DNA of 64,000 nt from Octopus vulgaris (Eukaryota): positions 60,140,001 to 60,204,000 of the forward strand of contig OX597826.1 in NCBI GenBank assembly GCA_951406725.2. The letters run 5' to 3'. The notes under the pieces are model-generated. The model saw nothing but the letters and a program-made list of their open reading frames with translations, was not told the origin of the DNA and did no database searches. Made by a program: the position numbers and the translations under genes. The number at the start of each line of letters is the position of its first letter. Position 1 is the stretch's first letter. Below, in pieces: positions 55,096 to 64,000 of the stretch.

Positions 55096-56201
55096 AAAAG
55101 ATAGATAGACAGATTTCTGTTTAGGAATTTATTACAAGCATCGCACCACTAATGGACATAAATACCAAGGATGTTTTAACATGCGTAAAGTTGATGCTAT
55201 TTATTCATAACCTAGACAACATATATTTTGCATTCCAGTAATGCAATGCATCTACTAACTTCTTATGCGTTGCACTCAGCTTCAGTTGCAAAATATATCT
55301 ACTCGTTCCGAAACATGATCCAACCTATTCAATACTGTTGCTTCAAGGTCATAATATGTTGTAACGTACCATAATATGATATAACTTTGTTCATCTGGTG
55401 ATGATATACGGGACTTACAGCCGATGGAATGAAGTAAATATTTATTTATCAAATATAGTCCTTCAGGCCCAATGTTAGTACAAGCTACCCATACAGTTTT
55501 AACTGGAGACTAAACAGAGAATTCACATGCCACATTTTCAACAAGACGTTTAATAATTCAATACCGGTTTAATAATTCAATGCCGGTTTTGTTACTACCA
55601 GTGACAGACAATAATGCAACATCTAGCTGTGGTTCTTATAAAGAAAACTGGACTTACAAACATTTCCTCTAACAAAAATCCTTTTAAGTTACTAAATGAG
55701 AACAGCATTCTATAATATTTACTAGAATATTTGAATTTTATAACAAACTCATATTTGCCCAAAATACAATTCCAGAATTTATCCCATACATTAGCCAACA
55801 AATAGTCGGTGTGACATATTAATTACACTCATTGAATTACTAAATCTAGTAGGTACTTTTCTTTTCGAAGCATTATACAACTTACTATGCATTATTATGT
55901 CTTCCACTGCCTCACATGTACTTCCCTCTTGCGTCCGAAACTAATAAGATCCCCTCACCACATTCATACGTACATACATACATACATACTGGAGTACTAG
56001 GTTTTTTTAGAAAATGCTTAAAGTCAGTTGGTACTACTAGTGGCTAGGGGCGAGTAGTACGCTCCCTAGCTCAAAGTGTATTTCAGACACAGATCGTGTG
56101 TCCATAACCAGCTGGAAATGCTCTTTTACTGGTGTTAAAAGGTAGTAACATGTTTCTACGTAGGACTGCCAACTTACGTTTGCAAATTCATATTGTATAT
56201 G

Positions 56202-56236
<35 letters not shown>

Positions 56237-56255
56237 TTGTGTGCATACACACAAA

Positions 56256-56301
<46 letters not shown>

Positions 56302-57191
56302 GATAGATAGATAGATAGATAAGTGTATATATATATATATATATACATACACTCATGCATACACTCATGCATACACTTACGTAAACCCGAATATTCCAGG
56401 TGTTATTTAGTTAGGCTTGTCCCGAACCGATATGGGCCGAAATATATCTAAGTATCTTAGGAAGTGTTCTATGTACCCTCATATATAAGCGTGTATGTAC
56501 AGAGATAGAAATATAAAGAGGCAGATATGTAGGTTTTCACATAAATTGACAGATATATGCATATCTGTTACATCTTTCACTTCAGGAATCAATATGCCAC
56601 AACTTTGTTTTGAAACCTTTAGGCATAATTCAAGATATATTTATTGAATATTAAAGTTACAGCTAATTAGTGAGTTTCTGTGTACTTCCATTAATGCTCT
56701 GCAAACAATAAAGTACTTCATTAAAAATCTTGGATCGGGAGAAACATACTTGGTAATGTGTAGCAATTATTTAAAGTACATACGTATTTCATTAGTAGCG
56801 AAGGAAACAGTGTGAATATCTGAAGGTAGTCTTTATATCCAACGTGGCATGGATGCTTGTTATAACATTGAGTTATTAAACTTGAAAGATTATCCAGTAT
56901 AGGCGATTGGTGCAGAAAATTGTAAACGTAGATTATAGTAGATGAGAAACATGACATAGGCATCGTAACTCCGCCACCTCATTTCGCATGATTTCACAGA
57001 CATATGTGTGTGTATATGAGTATCTTGGTGTAGGGTCGCGCTCACAACACGCACACACATACGCACACATGCACACATATGTGCTAGCAGCTGACCGTTT
57101 GTATGCACCTGTATATGAGCAATTAGATAATGATTAAAAGTACTAAAGACAGAATTATATTCTGTAAAACAGAGACGGATAGTAAACTATG

Positions 57192-57246
<55 letters not shown>

Positions 57247-57267
57247 ATGTACGTATGTATATACACC

Positions 57268-57321
<54 letters not shown>

Positions 57322-57367
57322 TACATATATACATACATATATATATAAATATATATAGACATATATT

Positions 57368-57405
<38 letters not shown>

Positions 57406-58338
57406 TATACATACATATATATGTGTGTGTGTGTGTGCATGTAATTATGTGTGTATATATGTATATGTATGTATGATATGACTATAACTTGCAACTGACT
57501 ATAAACCAAAGATGGATAAAAGAACTCTCATTCAGTTCATATTTGACCATTTAAGAGTGCAATAAACTTTGGTTTATGGCTTGGAAATTAGTGCTATAAC
57601 TAGGTGGATTTTGAAGGCAGTAAATCATTCTTGTATAAATATTTGTATTACGAACAGATGTGAGTTACAAAAGAGAAGGTATGTTTAATTATCACTTGTA
57701 TATAGATAGAAGAATTGTATGTCTCTCTCTTTGTCTCTCTCTCTCTCTCTCTCTTCTTTCAGTCTCTGCATACACACACGCGCGCGCGCCTATGTATATA
57801 TATATATATATAACAATGGATGGGTGGTGTATGTCTGTCTACCGGATTTACTACTGAAAGCTACTTCGTGTGTAAAATTTCCCGACGAATACAATAGAAG
57901 TGTTCCCGAGTCTCTAGCCGTTCTCTGAAGGGAGCTATTTGATCTTTTGCAAAATGTACAAAAAAGCATTTAAAAAATAAATGAAGATTGATAATTTTTT
58001 TGCCACTTCCAAATTAACAATAAATATATTTAGGGCCTTATTTGTCCCCCCCCTATTGCGTGTTAGGTTCATCTGGGACTTTCGACATGAAAGATCCATT
58101 TTCGTTATGAAAACACCTACATCCACTTTGTGTAGGCCCCTCAGGCTCTTTGGAGAATATTATAAAGCTGTGGGCCCTTGCAACTCAGGCTGTTGCAGTA
58201 ACTGTACAATATTCGAAATTCGAAGCTGCATATTTGTTACAATGTATTTGTAACGTATTATTGAAGATACTGATAGGTTTTTGTCAGAGATGGAAGGCAC
58301 ATCGAGGAGATTTCGATATTTCAACAATTATTATAATA

Positions 58339-58368
58339 CTAGCAGAGATTCCCGGAGTTGCTCGGAAT
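58339..58368 (-). mobile_element. Helitron 3' terminus of a related family
   Basis: A|CTAGCAGAGATTCCCGGAGTTGCTCGG parallels the ends at 1347 and 26210. Confidence 0.55.
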
Positions 58369-59148
58369 TATGTACAGATAACTGGAGGTTAAGTTGAAAA
58401 CAACATCCTAAAATATGTGGAATATACTTCCGTTGAAAGATGTTTTATGTGTGCCTGAACTATTGGCATCTCAACGTCAGCATATAACTTGAAACGAAAA
58501 TGAATAGTAAATATAGAAACTTTTGAAGCATCTTACGACACCTGATGAAACGTTGCATTTAGTGTCATTACATTGTTCTCCATCAACTACGATACAGTGC
58601 AGAATGATGGCGAAACGATTACTGTGTTAATAAATGCATCTAATTACACTCCGTCTTCCATATTAATCATATAAAATATACTCTACGTGCACCTCAGAAT
58701 TCCGGACGTAGATCCGACGAAGAACGCACAGTATCGCCCATGACACCTGGTAACCATAAGTGGTGAATGTGCTCTGCAGGCACACTACCTAAGACTTACT
58801 CTGAAACAATGTTGGATACTGAATTTAGTACCTAATTTCTAAACTTAACATACAGATACGCACATATGCATATATGTAAGTATGTAATTATGCGTGAACA
58901 ATCTCAAGATTAATCCGCCGAAATTGCGAGGATGATACGGTTCTTGACTGAAGATAAAAGGCTTCGAATGACCCGTCCGTGCTTTTTTTTTGTATTGTCT
59001 ATCTGGATGTTTTTTTGTCCCATTTTGTATCTCCTAGTTGTCCGGAGATTTTGTGTTCTTGCCCCATTTTGTATTTTATTTTATGTATATATATATATAT
59101 ATATATATAGCAGCGTACGTACACTTTGTTCTCTTATATGTATGTATG

Positions 59149-59182
<34 letters not shown>

Positions 59183-59378
59183 TGCATGCGTGTATATGCG
59201 TGAAATCACTTGCATACATGTATACATGGACATGATATCACATAATGATGGTCGATTAATATTTTCAATATCCTAAGTTATTTGCAATAAATGTGGTTGC
59301 TCCAATCTTAGTTAACCGCGCTTAAAATGTGTACCATAAGTATGAAAACCCTTAAACCCCTGCGTATATATATATATA

Positions 59379-59543
59379 TTTTCTCTCCTTCTTTCTGTGT
59401 TTTTCTCTCTCTGTGTATCTTTCTGTTGAAGAGCGTAGGCTCGAAACGTTAAAGACTTGTTTTATTTATATTTCCTGAGCGCCATACTAATACAATTGTT
59501 CGTTTGTTTTCCACCTGTCTTCGTCTTTTGTTTATTTTCATAA

Positions 59544-59544
<1 letters not shown>
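59379..59544 (+). mobile_element. HHR-bearing element, subfamily B copy 2
   Basis: One substitution seen vs 25409-25574; HHR at 59418-59455; (TA)n on both sides. Confidence 0.85.
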
Positions 59545-59584
<40 letters not shown>

Positions 59585-60099
59585 TACATATATACATATA
59601 TACATATATACATATATACATATATATACACACACACACACATATATATATATACATATATATGAGTGTGTGTGGGTGCGTGTGTATTGTGTATATCTAT
59701 ATGTGTAGGTGTACAAGTGAGTATATACCTTCATTAAGACAGAGAGAGGGGGAAAGAGAGAGCGAAAACTCAAGAACTACGGATCTACTTCCAAACTATC
59801 AAAATTCCATTGTGAAGAGAATGTCTCATGAGATACGTTAGAAAGGCCTCGTCAGGAGAATGGTTATACAGTTACAGAGAAAATAGTCGTTTTGGGTTGT
59901 TTTTTTTTTTAAATTGAAAATACCAAAGTCATATTAGCCTCGTGTTGACAAGAAAACGATTGGATTTTTGATAGAAACTCTAAGAATCTAAAGATTGACA
60001 TGCCATTGGGAATAACCGATATATAAGACTAACAGGCTTATATGTGTGTATTTAGCGCATAGACACATACATGCAGACATACAACCACACGCACATATG

Positions 60100-60181
<82 letters not shown>

Positions 60182-60315
60182 TATATACATATACATATAT
60201 ATATATATATGTACATGTAATCAAATACACATATATTTATAGATATATATGTGTATGTACATATATAATATATATCTATCTCTCTTTCTATTTATCAATC
60301 AGTCAATCACTAAAT

Positions 60316-60368
<53 letters not shown>

Positions 60369-60390
60369 TATATATATGTATATACATAAT

Positions 60391-61138
60391 CAAAACATTC
60401 AAACACTGAGATTTGAAATCAGATGTCAGTACTGTTCATATAACCTGTGGATTAATTTTAAAATTGATATCACCAGCCGTGACATAGGTGGATCGCAGGC
60501 GCAATAGCATTACATAGCTATGAATTATAACATTTGTACGAAGCGTAATGATGCTTAACAAGCATCCACCTGCTAGAAATGAGAGCTAAAGTCGTTAAAT
60601 TTATCCACTGTACCGCACCAAGATAATAGAGAAAAATCAGTATACGAGGAAAACAGAAAGAATTAAGACATTTAACAGCACAAAATAAAAATATTTTGGA
60701 ATTAGGGATATCCAGAAACCAGGATTCGGCTTTTGGTTATTTAAAGACTGAGCCTCATCAGGGTGGCCTACCGGGTAATAATCCATAACTCTTTAGTTAA
60801 ACTCTGACTGTGCAACTGGTTTTGATTTGTACCAAAACCAGAGCACATGGTGCATAAAAATTTATAAGCAAAACATTCAAACACTGAGATTTGAAATCAG
60901 ATGTCAGTACTGTTCATATAACCTGTGGATTAATTTTAAAATTGATATCACCAGCCGTGACATAGGTGGATCGCAGGCGCAATAGCATTACATAGCTATG
61001 AATTATAACATTTGTACGAAGCGTAATGATGCTTAACAAGCATCCACCTGCTAGAAATGAGAGCTAAAGTCGTTAAATTTATCCACTGTACCGCACCAAG
61101 ATAATAGAGAAAAATCAGTATACGAGGAAAACAGAAAG

Positions 61139-61140
<2 letters not shown>
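60391..61140 (-). mobile_element. 1.57 copies of a 478-bp unit (272-bp direct repeats) with an HHR-like motif, between (TA)n tracts
   Basis: 60391-60662 equals 60869-61140; minus strand CTGATGA-GGCT...AGCC-GAAT-CCTGG-TT at 60712-60767. Confidence 0.75.
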
Positions 61141-61221
<81 letters not shown>

Positions 61222-61695
61222 AGAGAGACTGTATACGTACATTCGTACGTATACGCATATGTACATTTTTATGTATTTGTGTGAGTGTATATGAATGTCT
61301 GTGCGCTTGTGTGAATGTTCAGTAAAAAATATATTATTCTTTAACTAGAATATTATTACATTATTAAGAATAACTTCGATGTTTCTCCTTGCGTAGGTCA
61401 ACATCAGACTGTGATAAATTTGAATACGTCTTGCCTTCACATTCTCACGTTTAAAATAAAATGTTCTAGTGCGGAGGAGATCTGGTGAGTGATAATTAAG
61501 TAGTAGGCTAAATTGTTACTGAGAAGTGTAATTGAATCCATTCGATGATATAATTTGGACCAAGGATGTTGATCTTCGTAATCATGCGTATCTGTGCGTG
61601 TCAGCTGACGCATTTAAACATTGAAACAGAACAGTGACGGTTTAACTGCCTGAAACATTGAAGTCACTGCATACACTGTTCTTCGGGAATTTTAC

Positions 61696-61746
<51 letters not shown>

Positions 61747-61829
61747 AGCATTAGGTTCCTTGGAAGAAAGCAACGTATGTTTGTTCTAGATTGAAGAAGG
61801 TAGGTGTGACACCATTGCTTTGAAAACAC

Positions 61830-62075
61830 CCTACGAATCACCGCTTGTCACAATTCTATTCTGATAAACTTTTATTTGACAGAGATGGACATGAAAACCG
61901 TCTGAGGTAGAACTTCTGAATGAGTGGTTTGGAGACACTGAAACGATGGTGGGTGTGACATGGGTCCTCGACATCTTATCTTTGGTGGGTTTCCATGGGG
62001 ACTTCGCGAATTGGCTGGAGACCACTGAAATAAGAGTATCGTATCTAAAAGAAGACTATAATTTGTAGTTCTCAA
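61830..62075 (-). mobile_element. Possible Tc1/mariner transposase C-terminal relic
   Basis: WSPANSRSPHGNP loosely resembles WP.NSPDLNP. Confidence 0.25.
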
Positions 62076-62277
62076 AAATTAACATTTCTCATGAGAGTCT
62101 CAAAAGTTCGAGAAAACACTGCATATACCCAAACATGCATACACATAAGTGTATTTATGTATGCAGAGTTTATATGCACTGTTCACAATGAACCGTATCC
62201 GCTGTAAATGTCTGTTTCTTAAATGTCAAAATGTCAATCACATCCTGGAGAGTATGTATGTATATATACATTCCTGC

Positions 62278-62343
<66 letters not shown>

Positions 62344-62347
<4 letters not shown>

Positions 62348-62448
62348 ACAATCAGGAACGGCCATAATAGGCCATTCACCCACTATATCAACCGCAAATA
62401 TTTGCGGTTGAATATAGTGGGTATATTATGGCCGTTATGATTGTTGAT
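62344..62448. repeat. Spacerless imperfect palindrome in a ~200-bp element between (TA)n tracts
   Basis: ACCCACTATATCAACCGCAAAT|ATTTGCGGTTGAATATAGTGGGT, with outer ATCAACAATCA..AACGGCCATAATA arms. Confidence 0.9.
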
Positions 62449-62545
62449 GTTGAACTTAAAAATGGTCTATGACTATTTAATTTTTTCCTACTAGGCCGCT
62501 GGTGGCAAAGAATTCTACAAAATTTTTTTTTGCCACCCTATATTG

Positions 62546-62639
<94 letters not shown>

Positions 62640-62641
<2 letters not shown>

Positions 62642-62821
62642 AGATCGTTAGCTACTACACACATTCTTTTCTCTCCTTGTTTTTTTCTGTGTACCTTTCT
62701 GTAGAAGAGCGTAGGCTCGAAACGTAAAATACTTTTTCTATTCCTGAGCGCTATACTAATACATCTGTTAGTTTGTACACCACCTGCCTTCGTCTTGTGT
62801 TTATTTTCTTAAACTTACCTT

Positions 62822-62822
<1 letters not shown>
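62640..62822 (+). mobile_element. HHR-bearing element, subfamily B copy 3, inside (TA)n
   Basis: TTT-CTGTAGA-A-GAGC GTAG GCTC-GAAA-CGT-A-AAA at 62696-62729; TCGTTAGCTACT start and TTCCTGAGCG shared with the 25386 copy. Confidence 0.8.
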
Positions 62823-62862
<40 letters not shown>

Positions 62863-62946
62863 ATGTATATATATACATATATACATATATTCATATATAC
62901 ATATATATACATATATACATATATATGCATATATATATGTATATAG

Positions 62947-62985
<39 letters not shown>

Positions 62986-63583
62986 CATAGGTATATATAT
63001 GTAAATATGTCTGTATGTGTAAGAGGCTAAGTAACCATCTATGGGTTATTAAATATCCAATATACTACTTAGTTGCCTTAAATATGTATATACACGTATA
63101 TGATTATTATGAGGTGTGGACGTGTATGTTATTCATACGTAAACATCCAACACAACTGATTCTAATATACTCACGGCTTCGTCAGTTATATCATTTAATT
63201 GCATGAAATATATAAAAAGAGATATACGTAGCAGGGCCGTACCAAGTGACTATTTGTCTACCTACAATGGGTCAGTGATTACACTTACTTCCTACCAACC
63301 CAGAATACTGAACCAATTGAAACAGCGAGTAATTACGTGATTTACTGTTAGTGGCAGTTTGAATACAAATGCTGATCTTTGACCATTATAGAAGGAATGA
63401 CTAATTGCAAGACTACATCATTGATATTCACTGTATCCAGTCGCGTTTCAGCAGATTCATTTGTCTCAATGAATGAAAGCCACGCAAATGAGTGAGCGGA
63501 GTCTGAATGACAAAATTATTAATCCGTATTATGACATGCATTTCGTTGATATAATTTTCTGCGACCGTGTACAATATTTTCAC

Positions 63584-63850
63584 ATAAACTTAGATAAACT
63601 TAGATATGTTTCGACCAAAGATTGGTCCAGGCCATGTCTAACTTAATAGCACCACCTGATAGGATTATTCGAATCCTGTTTAAGTCAAGTTTTGTTTAAG
63701 TCAAGTTTTGTTCAAGTAGTGAGTTCTTGTTGGGTGAGTTGTATCCAATTATGGGTGGCTTATCTGGTATTCTTTGAAGGAATCTATCCAGACTCTGTTT
63801 AAAGTTGATGGGATCCTTTTCCTCTTTGATCTCCCTCGGGACATTGTAAT
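63584..63850 (-). mobile_element. CR1-type LINE 3' end
   Basis: NVPREIKEEKDPINFKQSLDRFLQRIPDKPPIIGYNSPNKNSLLE resembles the FK..LD.FL..IPD.P..GY...NSL C-terminus; 3' hairpin GACCAA TCT TTGGTC and (ATCTAAGTTT)2 tail. Confidence 0.75.
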
Positions 63851-64000
63851 AACACAGTATTTTTTTTTCTATATTTTAATTATATAGAAATTTTAAATAC
63901 ATGTAAAGAATATTCTGACTTTAAACAATGAGTATTATCAGTTGAAATATACACCAAAACAAATGTGTTGATTAAGCATTTATTTTTAAAGACAGATCGA

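Noticed and set aside
56037-56070. CTAG next to a GC hairpin (possible Helitron end)
   Set aside because: No matching 5' end or second copy found

Overview
AT-rich, microsatellite-saturated eukaryotic DNA that reads as intronic or intergenic. The SINE families and the (TA)n/(TAGA)n/(AAT)n load look like an Octopus (cephalopod) genome; this is inference from recognition, not a database result. No complete host gene is supportable, and almost all listed ORFs are translations of simple repeats. Identified content: three tRNA-derived SINE families in many copies (some nested, dimeric or internally deleted), two copies of a non-autonomous Helitron, decayed LINE fragments (R4/Dong-type, HERO-like, RTE, CR1-type), and a 57/56-bp minisatellite with a 113-bp higher-order core. 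The most striking signal is more than a dozen minimal type I hammerhead-ribozyme (HHR)-like motifs in short elements sitting mostly in or beside (TA)n/(AAT)n tracts, often as fold-back palindromes or partial tandem repeats, resembling Penelope-like pLTRs or retrozymes. One ~200-bp family (8 copies, 2 subfamilies) has a consistent non-canonical core. A separate element carries a U3-A8 compensatory core variant. Three weak candidate minus-strand exons are flagged at low confidence.
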